NCBI GenBank assembly: GCA_963797095.1
Contig: CAWCNY010000002.1
Span: 32,001 to 96,000, forward strand
Direction of reading: 5' to 3'
Source: an uncultured Chloroflexia bacterium
GTDB lineage: Bacteria; Chloroflexota; Chloroflexia; QHBQ01; JADMIH01
DNA: 64,000 bases
A program made the position numbers and the translations under genes. The notes under the pieces are model-generated. The model worked only from the letters and a program-made list of their open reading frames with translations, was not told the origin of the DNA and made no database searches. Below, piece after piece: positions 10,156 to 20,800 of this stretch (position 1 is the first letter of the stretch; every line of letters begins with the position of its first letter).

Positions 10156-10266
10156 CGGACTTATCTGAGGGACTCGATTCTGTCGTACCCACTGCCTTGC
10201 TGCTTCGTGGTGCTCGTCATCTGGAATAGCATAGGCGAATAAAGCGCCGGTGTCGACAAAGATCAT
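10147..10266 (-). pseudogene. Truncated VapC/PIN toxin (39 aa)
   Basis: MIFVDTGALFAYAIPDDEHHEAARQW is a VapC-like N-terminus; ATG overlaps the antitoxin stop; frame ends inside the GTTGCTACAC repeat. Confidence 0.75.
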
Positions 10267-10565
10267 GGTTTCATTTCGTGCTTAGGGTAGAGGATATCAT
10301 CGTGATGCGCTGATATTTCTGTTCGCCCATCAGGATGCGGAATATAAGGAAGAGCTGCGATTTGATCCAGAACCGCAGCCAATTCCTCGCCCACCAGCAG
10401 GTTTCTGCCGCTTGTGCCCTTTACTCCCCTCTTGGTCGTCGCCCCTTGACCGGCAGCTGGGATTTGTTGAACAACAATCATCTCCACCCTCGCGCCTTCC
10501 GGCAACTCAATCGGGCCGAGCGGGCGGAAAACACCATTCTCGTAAACTGCTCTGATCGATACCAT
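10263..10565 (-). CDS. Antitoxin, AF2212/DUF104-like
   Basis: IRAVYENGVFRPLGPIELPEGARVEM signature; GGAGG RBS. Confidence 0.8.
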   Translation of the reverse strand: MVSIRAVYENGVFRPLGPIELPEGARVEMIVVQQIPAAGQGATTKRGVKGTSGRNLLVGEELAAVLDQIAALPYIPHPDGRTEISAHHDDILYPKHEMKP

Positions 10566-10809
10566 CGGAATGCCTCCTGGTAGCGTTTCGGCGGTTGTCT
10601 GCACTCCACGCTTGTACACCATTCTGTTCCGATTATATCACAGCCCAGGCAGGAGATGACATTATGTCTCACACCTTTTACAGGTACAACCGCCTGTATT
10701 GCTCAAATCGCACCAGCCTCTCATTCTCAATGACCACTATCGGGGTCACTGTCTTGATCCCCGTCTGTGAAGTGATATGTTCAGTTCGGATGGGTTTACC
10801 TCTTGCAGG

Positions 10810-11427
10810 TTATTCAGCATCGAGCACATCATCGACCCGCATTGAGAAATCAGCCAGGAGAGCGGAAGTTGCACGCTCACCGTGATGAAACACTCCGTGT
10901 TCCGTATACTTTGCGCCATTCAGCTTCAGGATAGTGACGGTGCCATTCATAGGATCGACGATCCAATATTCGTTAATATGCGCCTCGGCGTAGTCGACGC
11001 GTTTTACTCGAATGTCTCGCGCCGGATCATCGGGACTGACGATCTCCACTACCAAATCGGCACCGAGCCAATAGACTTCCTGATTGCGGGGATCATGAAC
11101 GTCGCACAGGATGAGGAGATCCGGTTCGCGGAATTTGCCAGGACGGATCTGCAACCGCAATGGTGCATAGAAGACTGTGCCACCGCGCGGTTGCACGAAG
11201 GCCAGCAAAGCCAGGAAAAGAAACCGAGAGATCGCCTGATGTTTGCGAGTCGGCATCGGCAATACCTCAATCACTCCATCCGTGAACTCGATGAGGCGCT
11301 TTGTTTGCTGGGTCAGGCGTAGATACTGCTCCTCGCTCCACAATCCTTGCAGTGAGTCGAGATCGATCTCTGTGGGTTCGCCAGCCAGCAGCATCTGCAT
11401 CATGGGAGCCTGCAAATTGGTAGCCAT
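10810..11427 (-). CDS. Uma2 family (DUF820) endonuclease
   Basis: PTRKHQ, REPDL, LVVEIVSP, KRVDYA, EYWIVDP. Confidence 0.92.
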   Translation of the reverse strand: MATNLQAPMMQMLLAGEPTEIDLDSLQGLWSEEQYLRLTQQTKRLIEFTDGVIEVLPMPTRKHQAISRFLFLALLAFVQPRGGTVFYAPLRLQIRPGKFREPDLLILCDVHDPRNQEVYWLGADLVVEIVSPDDPARDIRVKRVDYAEAHINEYWIVDPMNGTVTILKLNGAKYTEHGVFHHGERATSALLADFSMRVDDVLDAE

Positions 11428-11543
11428 TAGTACTCCTCATCATACTCAAGTATCATTACGGTTGGCATTATTATGCTTTTCGGTCTGTTAGTATAATAAC
11501 GTGGACCGCTGCCCTCTCCAGGTGGGTGGTCACTACCCTCCTG

Positions 11544-12161
11544 CTACACACTCCCTGCTTCCCCTGCTGCGTCCAGGTCTTGCCAGTTTCTGCCCCTCAG
11601 TTGTTCCAGATCGTCGCCGGTCCAACCCAATGCCTCGCGCAAGAACGTGCCTGAAAGCAGCACCCTCAAGCGCTTGCGCAACTCCTCGGTGGTCTCGTCC
11701 TGGACGGTGAGGTCCTTATCCTCGCTCACCAGGTAATCGACCTTCGCGTTGATGGCCACCAAAGCTACAGGCACGTTGGTGACATCCCGCACAAGGTCGG
11801 CGCGAGCAGACACTTCGTCCGGCGTTGGGTCGGCAGCGATCTCGATCTCCGTGCGGGCGACAAACTGCTCGAACCGCTGAAGATGTTCCGGAAAGCTCTT
11901 TGCTAGGATTCTGCGAGCCTGAGCGAGCACATATGGGCTAAGCACGATCTGTATCTCTCCCCTCGATCTGGCTAACAGCACTTCGCGGGGCCAGCGCGAC
12001 CAGCCACTGCCGGCCACAAGCACCGTAGTGTCGAGCATTACCCTGATCCGCCCTGTTCCCTCTCCTTGCTCCGGTTCTCCTCGATCTTCCCGCGCTCCCA
12101 GTCCTTCCCTATCTGATGGAGGCGGGTTAGGTGAGTCAGGTGAGTTAGCGTCGACTGCCAT
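11544..12161 (-). CDS. PIN-domain putative toxin
   Basis: VMLDTTVLVAG ... DYLVSEDKDL; overlaps the upstream antitoxin. Confidence 0.8.
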   Translation of the reverse strand: MAVDANSPDSPNPPPSDREGLGAREDRGEPEQGEGTGRIRVMLDTTVLVAGSGWSRWPREVLLARSRGEIQIVLSPYVLAQARRILAKSFPEHLQRFEQFVARTEIEIAADPTPDEVSARADLVRDVTNVPVALVAINAKVDYLVSEDKDLTVQDETTEELRKRLRVLLSGTFLREALGWTGDDLEQLRGRNWQDLDAAGEAGSV

Positions 12162-12447
12162 ATTGCTTGTCGAAGACCTCGCGCTTAGCCTCTTCCAGGT
12201 CCGCCATCAACTCCTCTTCGCTTATGCCTCTTTCTTCAAGTTCCTTACCAAAGGCTCGGCTGAACCTGTCGAACGCGGCGACAGCTTGCTCACGCCTCAA
12301 TTTCTCGTACTCCTGGTAAGACAATATCACGGCCACCGGGTAGCCGTCGCGCTCCACGATCAGGTGCTCGTCCGACCGAAACACCCGCCTGAGCAGCTTG
12401 CCAAACGACCTGTGACCCTCCGAAGCTTTTACTATCGCTTGTCGCAT
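12145..12447 (-). CDS. Phd/YefM-family antitoxin
   Basis: ASEGHRSFGKLLRRV...LIVERDGYPVAVILSYQEYEKL. Confidence 0.85.
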   Translation of the reverse strand: MRQAIVKASEGHRSFGKLLRRVFRSDEHLIVERDGYPVAVILSYQEYEKLRREQAVAAFDRFSRAFGKELEERGISEEELMADLEEAKREVFDKQYGSRR

Positions 12448-12540
12448 GTAACCACCTTCCTGCGCAATCCTGTTCGTATCCATACGTATCGTTACATATT
12501 ATAACACTACTTGCTTCGTCCTGCTTCTCTGCCTTTTCCC

Positions 12541-12825
12541 CTAAAGCAGGTCCCGATAGGGGTCAATATCCTCCATCTGGAGGTCCTCAAGCGGGATGCC
12601 GAACGCCCGCGCCTGCTCCTGCATCAGCGCGATCACCTCGAAATACGCTAGTAGCCTTATACTGTGGAACTCCCTCCACCCCGCGTCTTCCGGACCCCCA
12701 CCCAACTCCTTCTCCGCTCTCGCGTCGAGCGCCCGCTCTTTCACCAGCCTTCCCAGGTCCGCCAGGTAGTACTTACAAGCGCTACCATTCGAGCTACGCC
12801 TCATGCCCGCTCCCCTCGCTTCCAT
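12541..12825 (-). CDS. Hypothetical protein, small and helical, immunity-protein-like
   Basis: Protein-like composition; C-terminal QQA-x-AFGIPLEDL...DIDP-like pattern. Confidence 0.5.
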   Translation of the reverse strand: MEARGAGMRRSSNGSACKYYLADLGRLVKERALDARAEKELGGGPEDAGWREFHSIRLLAYFEVIALMQEQARAFGIPLEDLQMEDIDPYRDLL

Positions 12826-12898
12826 CTGCCCCTCCTCTTACCCGTAGACCCTTTCCATTTCCTCAGGAACGCTATCCGCATGTCAATCAGCCTGCGCC

Positions 12899-13303
12899 CT
12901 AGCCCGAACCGGACCCACTTCTCAAAGTCGCCCAGGCCCACCTGCCTGTATCCAAAAGCCTCCACCCGTACTCCCGCGCTTCTTCCAGTACCTTCTCTAG
13001 CGCGTCCAGCAGCGTCTCCCTCGATATGTGGCTGACCACCAGTAGCCCCAACTCCACCCAGGCGATTTCACCTTCACGCTCCAACTGCTCCTTGATGTAC
13101 TCCGGCGTTCGTGCCGCGAACCCATAGCCTCGCCCATCCTTCATAGTCACCAGGAAAGTGTAGTAGCGGTAGTCCGGGACGTACACTCCCTCTTCTATAT
13201 CCCGTAGAACCTCCGGATGCTCCTCCTCGCGGGAAAATGCGTAGTATAACCTGACCTCAGCGATTTGCTCGTTGATCAGCTTATATTTCGCCAGATCTCC
13301 CAC
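12899..13303 (-). CDS. Hypothetical protein; start uncertain
   Basis: The C-terminal ~130 aa of the ORF is protein-like; GAGG precedes the GTG. Confidence 0.45.
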   Translation of the reverse strand: MGDLAKYKLINEQIAEVRLYYAFSREEEHPEVLRDIEEGVYVPDYRYYTFLVTMKDGRGYGFAARTPEYIKEQLEREGEIAWVELGLLVVSHISRETLLDALEKVLEEAREYGWRLLDTGRWAWATLRSGSGSG

Positions 13304-13574
13304 CTCAGCCTCACCATCTCTTCGGGCACGTCCAGCACCCTGGCCACGTACCCCACCTCCATCCCCTCCATCTCTCCCAGCGCCCTCAGCGGCACCAGCA
13401 AATACGCCGCCGCATAGTCGCACTGCCTATCCTGCACCCTCTCCACCAACTCGGCGAACGTGCTCTGCAACGCCCACCCTCACATCTCATCCTCTTCAAC
13501 TCCAGGTCACCCCTATGGTGGCCCATCAGCAGATGCGCCATCTCGTGCGCTATCACATACTGCCGTCGTGCCAA
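13276..13574 (-). pseudogene. Frameshifted ImmA/IrrE-family metallopeptidase fragment
   Basis: RRQYVIAHEMAHLL (HExxH) in one frame and QCDYAAAYLLVP...VARVLDVP in another. Confidence 0.7.
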
Positions 13575-13657
13575 TTCCTCGACCTCTCTCAGTCGTGAAA
13601 TAGAAGTGTTACAGAAACGGGACTGTATGAGCCATTCACGGGAATCTCCAGGTTTGA

Positions 13658-15052
13658 TTACGGCTCATTGCCCCACCGGTAGCCTTCCGGCGGCAGGCTT
13701 ATATTGACTGCCACTCGGTCGGCCCTGGCTTTGGCTTCACCGACGTGGGCTGTATAGCTGAGCCTACCGGCCAACATCAACGGATAAAGCCCCATCTCCG
13801 GATAATCGAGCAGGGTACGGTGGGCGCTGAAGAACTGGTTGAGAGCCTCGATTGCCAGCGTTAACGCCCTGACCTCCCGCTCGCTTGGCCTTATCGGTTC
13901 ACTATGCGCCACCAGCCTGTGGAATGAAGGCACGGCTTCTCGCGATGGGTATTTCAGCTTTCGCTCGGCCAGCCAGCTCAGATAGGTCGGATCGCTCTCT
14001 TCTTCGGGGTCGAAATAGAGCAGCAGGCTGTCCTCAATGGCTTCCAGGTATTCTTCTTTGTCCATAGATTCGTCCGCTTCTTCGCCTACTTCGTCGTCTG
14101 TAGCGATGCCTTGAGCCTCCATCATCGTAGATAGCATCTCACGCAGGGCCTCCGGTGGTACTTCATCCACCGGCGCACCCAACTGCCGCATCAACTCTAT
14201 CAACTCGCCTACTCTCTGATCCGCTTTCTCAATCGGCTTATCTATTGATGCTTCTGCATCTACCGCTGTTTCTGCCACTTCGCGCTCCATGCGCGCCTCA
14301 CCGCGCTGTAAGATGCGCTCGAAAGCCTCAAGGGAATAGTAGAAAGCCACGCCGTATACTTCACCGGCGTTGCCGAGAACAACAGCGTAGAGGGTTTCTA
14401 CATCCTGTTGGGGTCCGTGTCGACCCAGTTCAATGGCGATCGGTAGATCACTGCCCATGTATTCCCACGGGGCACGACGCCAATAGCTGGCCGCCGCCTT
14501 GTAGAGAGGTGGTAGTAGTACTTCAGCAATAATCCACTCAAAAGGCTCAGGCGGATCCTTCCCGGCGTCCCCATTGGCGCCCAGTGCTGCGGACAGGTCG
14601 CGAAATGCTTCTTCATAGTCCGGCAAGTGTTCTGCATATTCAATGGGTATGCCGAGAGGAGCAAGCAAATGGCGCGCGGCCTCGGCCAGCACTGGATCGT
14701 TGATTATTATCCTCGTGGGAAGGCCAGGTTCGGGTGAGGGGAAGGGAATTGCAACAGGGGTAGCCACCGGCCTGGCAAGAGCCTCTACAAGTAGTTGAAG
14801 CGATTCGGTGATTCCGTCATCGCTGCTTTCGGCGGGGTTGATCAGCTGAACAGCACGGACGAAGCCGCTATCCGCCTCCACCCACAACGCTATCTGCGGT
14901 TGAACGGCCTGCTTATTTTCATAGATGTATACCCCCAATGGCCGCTTTCCACCCTGGATCACTAAACCGCTACGGCGCGGCAAGGTCGCCAATTGCGCAA
15001 TGATCGCTTGCAATCCGGTTGGATTGAGAACTTTCCGCTTAGTTCTTGCCAT
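13658..15052 (-). CDS. Conserved hypothetical acidic protein
   Basis: 464-aa ORF; YWRRAPW, VVLGNAGEVYGVAFY; purine-rich RBS. Confidence 0.75.
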   Translation of the reverse strand: MARTKRKVLNPTGLQAIIAQLATLPRRSGLVIQGGKRPLGVYIYENKQAVQPQIALWVEADSGFVRAVQLINPAESSDDGITESLQLLVEALARPVATPVAIPFPSPEPGLPTRIIINDPVLAEAARHLLAPLGIPIEYAEHLPDYEEAFRDLSAALGANGDAGKDPPEPFEWIIAEVLLPPLYKAAASYWRRAPWEYMGSDLPIAIELGRHGPQQDVETLYAVVLGNAGEVYGVAFYYSLEAFERILQRGEARMEREVAETAVDAEASIDKPIEKADQRVGELIELMRQLGAPVDEVPPEALREMLSTMMEAQGIATDDEVGEEADESMDKEEYLEAIEDSLLLYFDPEEESDPTYLSWLAERKLKYPSREAVPSFHRLVAHSEPIRPSEREVRALTLAIEALNQFFSAHRTLLDYPEMGLYPLMLAGRLSYTAHVGEAKARADRVAVNISLPPEGYRWGNEP

Positions 15053-15398
15053 GGCCGGCGGCCCCCCTTTCACGCTGTGCTCGGTTACCAGATTATTCTA
15101 CACTTCATCGATTGCATTGCCCAATATCACAATATCATACGAGACCTGAGCCAGATTCCTGGATTGCTCGCCGGTGGGATTACTCCGATTTAGATTATTC
15201 ATGACTTGATACGAAATGGACTATTTCGAACATCGCCGGGCTGGCGTCGCCGAGAGTTGAATTACAGCGCTGGCGATTGTACCACACTTCGATTTACTCG
15301 AACATCGACTATTTTCTCACCTGAGCTCCTGCAATCCCATTATCCACCTCGATCGTCTATCTTGGAGCCTAGCACGCATAACCCCGCACTTTTATCCG

Positions 15399-15438
15399 GT
15401 TGCTACACTTGTTGCTACACCTGGACCTGAATTGCTAC
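15399..15438 (+). repeat. GTTGCTACAC x2 plus TTGCTACA, arm-type-like sites
   Basis: Same orientation as 10131-10155; 60-100 nt from the tRNA 3' end. Confidence 0.75.
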
Positions 15439-15467
15439 AAAAATACGCCGGAACAGCGTTCCGGCGT
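15439..15467 (-). terminator. Intrinsic terminator of tRNA-Arg
   Basis: Minus strand ACGCCGGAAC-GCT-GTTCCGGCGT followed by ATTTTT. Confidence 0.8.
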
Positions 15468-15497
15468 CGCTTTTCGTGCGTAAATCTGCTACCAAAA

Positions 15498-15574
15498 TGG
15501 CGCGCCCGGAGGGATTCAAACCCCCGACCCTCTGATCCGAAGTCAGATGCTCTAGTTCGCTGAGCTACGGGCGC
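15498..15574 (-). tRNA. tRNA-Arg(TCG)
   Basis: GCGCCCG acceptor stem, TCTGA-CTTCGGA-TCAGA anticodon arm, GGGGG-TTTGAAT-CCCTC T arm, encoded CCA; 77 nt. Confidence 0.96.
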
Positions 15575-15699
15575 AGGACTACACAGACTTTTAGCTTTTC
15601 TAGGCGTAAAACGAGGGTCAAGAAGGTGCTACTGCTCTCGAAATTAGCCGATGGTTTGACATGCTCAATCTGATTAGATGCTGTGTCAAACCACTATTT

Positions 15700-15728
15700 A
15701 GCTTACTAAACTAGCTCATTTGTGTCAA
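15700..15728 (-). promoter_or_regulatory. Sigma70-type promoter for the intact tRNA-Arg, inside element C
   Basis: TTGACA-17-TAAGCT; homologous to 27375-27403. Confidence 0.7.
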
Positions 15729-15730
15729 GA

Positions 15731-15812
15731 CGCCCGGAGCATCTGAATCGTCTGAGGGCAAGCTCGAAGTATCTCGCTTGGCTAGGGGTCGGGGGTTTGA
15801 ATCCCTCCGGGC
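15731..15812 (+). pseudogene. Inverted degenerate tRNA-Arg-like sequence
   Basis: 15786-15812 is identical to 27 nt of the tRNA variable loop, T arm and acceptor 3' strand; GCCCGGAG at 15732 can pair with CTCCGGGC. Confidence 0.6.
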
Positions 15813-16647
15813 AGCCTTTAGTGACCGTACAGCTATCAATCTCCCAAAATCGGTCGGCTGGACTTCGATGCGGGCCTACAGCCCGCAAGTAATAGGATGT
15901 GGCCCCCCCCGGGGTTGGGGCCCCTCAAATCTGTCTGCACCGACCCTGTGGAAAAGTCGGATGCGCTTGACATAGTGTCGTAACATGCATCCAGCACAAA
16001 GAGCCAGGACGGGCTTTGGCGGGCAAGCCCTGGCTCTGAGTGCGGGTTGCGACTTTCGTCGCTTCTCTTACATACGTGCGGCTGAGGAGCACGCAGGCAA
16101 CAGGTGTTGCAACGGGGAGTATAACACAGTAGACATGAGCTAACAATGTGGAAAAGGTGGAAAACTCGAACCTGTGACATCACTTGCGTGTTCTGACGCC
16201 GCTAGCTGAACGGAGAAGAAGCATGAAAATAAGGTTTGAGACGGAGTACAGAATTGGGGGCCGCAAGGTATCGCAACGCGAATGGTTGGACCATATGCTA
16301 AGCAAGCAGCCGAACGGATTGCCCGGAACTGTGAGGCAAGAATTAGGTGCCCGGAGCATGGGAAGCCGCCCAAGGTGACATATCTTGGGGGGAGGTTCCA
16401 TATCGAGGGGTGCTGTGAGAAGGTAGTTGAGTTGACGAAACGTGCGCTGAGTCGTTGATATTGCCAGTGGGCAGAACTAGGGAGAGCAGGACCGCCACCT
16501 GCTCCCTTTGGTCTGCATACAACAACTAGTGTTGGTTTGTAGTATATTATTGTAGCGATGCACATCCTTGTGGCGAAGTTGCAGTGACAAAGGATTTCCC
16601 GGTACTTTTCGGCGTTCGTGTGGCGGGCGCTGTTCTACGAGGTACAC

Positions 16648-17856
16648 ATGACTCACCAAAGTATTATCAGCTTGGATGACATTCTTGCTCTTGTGGGCAA
16701 GCTAGACGATACGCCCGGCCTAGACGCGCCCAGGGAGCGTTTTCGTAATCACCTACAGAAGATAGTGGAAGTAGGGCAGCTTCGCGACTATGTTGAAACT
16801 TGCTTGAGGGCTTCAGGGGAGCAGTACGCACGCGCTCTCCAAGACTTAGTGAACTATGCAGGCAACTTCTTTGGTTTCCATGTGACCTATGGTAGGTACC
16901 AAGGAATATCTGGCGAACATAACTTTGATGGACGCTGGGAGGCTCCCGGCGGCCTCCATATAGTCATTGAGACCAAAACCACGGAAATCTACCCAATCAA
17001 AACGAGCAAACTTCTAAACTACATCAACGAACTGGTTGCTGCTGGGCAAATCCCCAAACAAGAGGATGCCTTGGGTCTGTATGTGGTAGGCCATCCGGAC
17101 CCTGAGATACAGCAACTAGAAAACGCAATTGTGGTGCAAAAGCCGATTCCGAATTTGCGAATTGTGTCGGCCCTATCCTTGCTGTCGCTGGCTGAGATGC
17201 GACAAGCCTATGGGCTCAATGATGATGACGTGTTAAGCATCCTCCTGCCCTCAGGGCCACGAATTGACCCACTCATAATGCTTATTGACCGCCTGGTGGC
17301 TGAAAGAGAAGCGGAAGCAACGATGGCGAGTGAGCAGAAGGTAATAAGGACAACAGTCGAAAAACTGGGGCTGCCGGAACCTACTTTACAAGCCTCCAAG
17401 TTTGTCATTCCCGATACAGGCACCATCACCTTCTGGATTACCCCGGTTAGAGACGATGAAGGGGAGACTGCAGAACAGACCATTCAGAGGCTGGTGGGCG
17501 AAGAGCATATTTACGCTTTCGGAGAGAAAACGCCCGGTCGTAGGAAGATAAAGTCGGGCGACGTGATTTGTTTCTATGCTGCGGGGCGTGGTGTCATTGC
17601 AGATGCTAGAGTAACATCGCCCCCAATAAAGAGGCCACACCCGCGGGTCAAGCAACCGGACAAGTATCCGTGGGTGTTTCGCATAAAGGATACACACCTC
17701 TATTTGGAAAACCCGGTTGTCATTGACGGGGCACTAAGGAGTCAACTTGACAGGTTCCAAGGGCGCGACCCAAACGGGCCTTGGGCATGGTTTGTTCAGG
17801 CTACACACGATGTTTCACAGCACGATTTTGAACTTCTAACACGACAGAAAGGCTGA
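16648..17856 (+). CDS. PD-(D/E)xK nuclease-like N-terminus plus EVE/PUA-like C-terminal domain protein
   Basis: FDGRW...IVIETKT; FWITP...IKSGDVICFYAAGRGVIADARV...YPW; stop 2 nt before the R-M gene. Confidence 0.7.
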   Translation: MTHQSIISLDDILALVGKLDDTPGLDAPRERFRNHLQKIVEVGQLRDYVETCLRASGEQYARALQDLVNYAGNFFGFHVTYGRYQGISGEHNFDGRWEAPGGLHIVIETKTTEIYPIKTSKLLNYINELVAAGQIPKQEDALGLYVVGHPDPEIQQLENAIVVQKPIPNLRIVSALSLLSLAEMRQAYGLNDDDVLSILLPSGPRIDPLIMLIDRLVAEREAEATMASEQKVIRTTVEKLGLPEPTLQASKFVIPDTGTITFWITPVRDDEGETAEQTIQRLVGEEHIYAFGEKTPGRRKIKSGDVICFYAAGRGVIADARVTSPPIKRPHPRVKQPDKYPWVFRIKDTHLYLENPVVIDGALRSQLDRFQGRDPNGPWAWFVQATHDVSQHDFELLTRQKG

Positions 17857-17858
17857 TT

Positions 17859-20800
17859 ATGCCGGCGCCACAATCCATCCTTTCCCACATTGAGCGCTTC
17901 GACAATGACCGACAAGCCTACAAATCCGGCGTCTATAATGAGGCGCAGGTTCGGCGCGAGTTCCTGGACCCCTTCTTCAAGGAGCTAGGCTGGGATGTAG
18001 AGAATGAAGGTGGTGCGGCGGTTGCCTACAGAGACGTAATTCATGAAGACACGTTGAAAATCGGTGAGACTACGAAAGCCCCGGACTACTCATTCCGCAT
18101 AGGCGGCACTCGAAAGTTCTTTGTTGAGGCCAAAAAGCCGTCTGTCAACTTGGATACGGACCCTAGACCAGCTTACCAACTGCGGCGCTATGCCTGGTCT
18201 GCAAGCCTACCCCTAAGCATCCTCACCGATTTCGAGGAGTTCCTGGTTTATGATTGTCGAATAAAGCCGGACGCCTACGACGGTGCGCGGGTGGCCCGCG
18301 CCATGTATCTCAAATACACGGAATATGCGGATAAGTGGGACGACATTGCCGCGCTCTTCTCTCGCGAGGCCGTGCTCGCCGGGTCGCTTGACAAATATAC
18401 CGAATTGCTTAAGGCCAAGACAGGCTCGTCCACTGTTGATGCTGATTTCCTAAAGGAGATTTCAGTCTGGCGCGAGATGCTAGCACAAGACTTGGCAGCG
18501 CGGAATCCGCACCTAACTCAACGCGACCTCAATTATGCTGTGCAGATGACTATCGACCGTATTATTTTCCTGCGTATTAGCGAAGACCGGGGCATTGAGC
18601 CATATGGCAGATTGCTGGAAGCACAACAGGGAGAAAGAGTGTATGCGCGGCTGTGTCGGCTCTTCGAAGCTGCCGACGACCGCTACAATTCGGGCCTGTT
18701 CCACTTCCGCGACGAGAAGGGCCACAACGAGCCGCACGATGAGCTAACCCCGGCACTGACTATACACGACGACACACTCCGGCGTATCATCACCCGCCTT
18801 TACTACCCCGATTCGCCCTATGCCTTTTCAGTCATGCCGATTGAAATTCTGGGGCAGGTTTACGAGCAGTTCCTGGGCAAGGTTATTCGCCTGGACGAAT
18901 CTCGTAATGTTGAGGTTGAGGAGAAGCCAGAAGTACGCAAGGCGGGCGGCATCTACTATACGCCCACATACATCGTGGATTACATCGTAAAACAAACTGT
19001 CGGCAAACTCCTGGAAGGCAAGACGCCGAAGCAAGCCGTCGACTTTCGTATTGTGGACCCCGCGTGCGGCTCCGGTTCATTTCTCATCGGCGCATACCAA
19101 TACCTTCTCAACTGGCATCGCGACTGGTATGTGGCTGACGGCACACAGAAGCACAAGAAGGAGCTTTATGAGGCTTCAGGAGGCGAGTGGCGACTAACTA
19201 CGAATGAGCGCAAAAGGATACTACTAAATAACATTTATGGCGTGGATATCGACCCCCAGGCGGTAGAGGTCACAAAGCTCTCACTCCTGCTTAGAGTGCT
19301 TGAGGGAGAAACCGGACAAACCTTGGCAACGCAGCTGCGGATGTTCTACGAGCGGGCGCTGCCGGACCTGAGCAGCAATATTAAGTGCGGTAATTCCTTA
19401 ATAGGTTATGATTTCTACAGCGCGACACAGGCCAGCTTTCTGTCGCCGGAGGAACACAGCCGCATCAACGTGTTCAACTGGCACGAGGCTTTTCCCCAGG
19501 TGTTCAAGCGCGACAGCTCTGGATTTGATGCTGTGATTGGCAACCCGCCGTACATTCGTATCCAGACTATGCAGGAGTGGGCTCCCGTAGAAGTCGCACA
19601 CTACAAGCGACGATATGTTTCGGCCAGCAAAGGCAACTACGACGTGTATGTTGTGTTTGTGGAGAAGGGACTTTACCTGCTCAATAAGGGCGGACAACTT
19701 GGCTTCATCCTGCCCCACAAGTTTTTCAATGCTCAGTATGGCGAGCCGCTGCGCGCCCTGTTGGCACAGGGGCACCACTTAGCTGAAGTGGTGCATTTTG
19801 GCGACCAACAGGTGTTTTCAGGCGCGACGACCTATACCTGCTTGCTCTTCCTTGAAAAACGCGGCTCCTCTGAAGTGCAGATTGCCATGGTTGAGAATCT
19901 GGACCAGTGGCGCAGGAAGTCCCAGGCTGTGTACGGAACGGTTCCAGCAGAAGCTATTGCACCTTCTGACTGGAATTTCTATGTCGGAGAGGGTGCTGAC
20001 TTGTTTGGCAAGCTAAGACAGGTGCCAACAAAACTGGGTGCTATCGCGGAACGCATTTCGCAGGGGATTCGTACAAGCGCCAATGAGGTGTACGTGCTCA
20101 ACATCGTGGACCAAGCGACCGATGTACTAATCGTCCATTCACAGTCGTTGGGTAAGCAGGTGGAGGTCGAGCGGGCCGCGGTGACACCCTTCCTTCAAGG
20201 CCGCGAAATCAAGTCATATAGGGTACTTCCTTCCGGTAAGGTGGTGATTATCCCTTATCACCTGGCGAATGGCCGCGCAAAGCTCGTTCCCGAGGATGAA
20301 ATGAAGACTCGTTTCCCGCTCACTTTGGCCTATCTTGTTGCAAATAGGGCATACCTAGAGGAACGGGAACGGGGCAGGATGCATGGCTCGTCCTGGTATG
20401 CCTTCGTCTATCCAAAAAACATCGAATTGATGAAGTCGGCCAAGATTCTTGTGCCGGACATTGCCGATAGAGCAGCATTTGCACTAGATGAAGCCGGCGA
20501 ATACGCCTTCACAAGCGGTTATGGCATTACATTGAGACCTGATGTTAGCTTGTCGCCCAACTATGTTTTGGGCCTACTGAACAGCAAAGTCCTGGACTTC
20601 TACCTAAAGCGTGTCAGCACGACTATGCGCGGCGGCTTTTTCCGATACTTCACACAGTACGTTGAGCAATTGCCGATGCGTGCTATCAATTTCGCTGACC
20701 AGGCCGACAAAGCCCGACACGACCACATGGTATCACTTGTAGCACGGATGGTAGACTTTTACAGACAATCAGCCGTTGCCAAGACACCGCACGACAAGAC

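Larger units (their letters stand above)
9997..15497. mobile_element. Islet B: integrase-less island rich in toxin-antitoxin genes and remnants
   Basis: Lies between the tRNA 3' end and its 3'-half copy; GTTGCTACAC tandem repeats near both ends. Confidence 0.75.

Noticed and set aside
15731-15815. Second functional tRNA
   Set aside because: No canonical D or anticodon arm and no CCA; kept only as a tRNA-like relic
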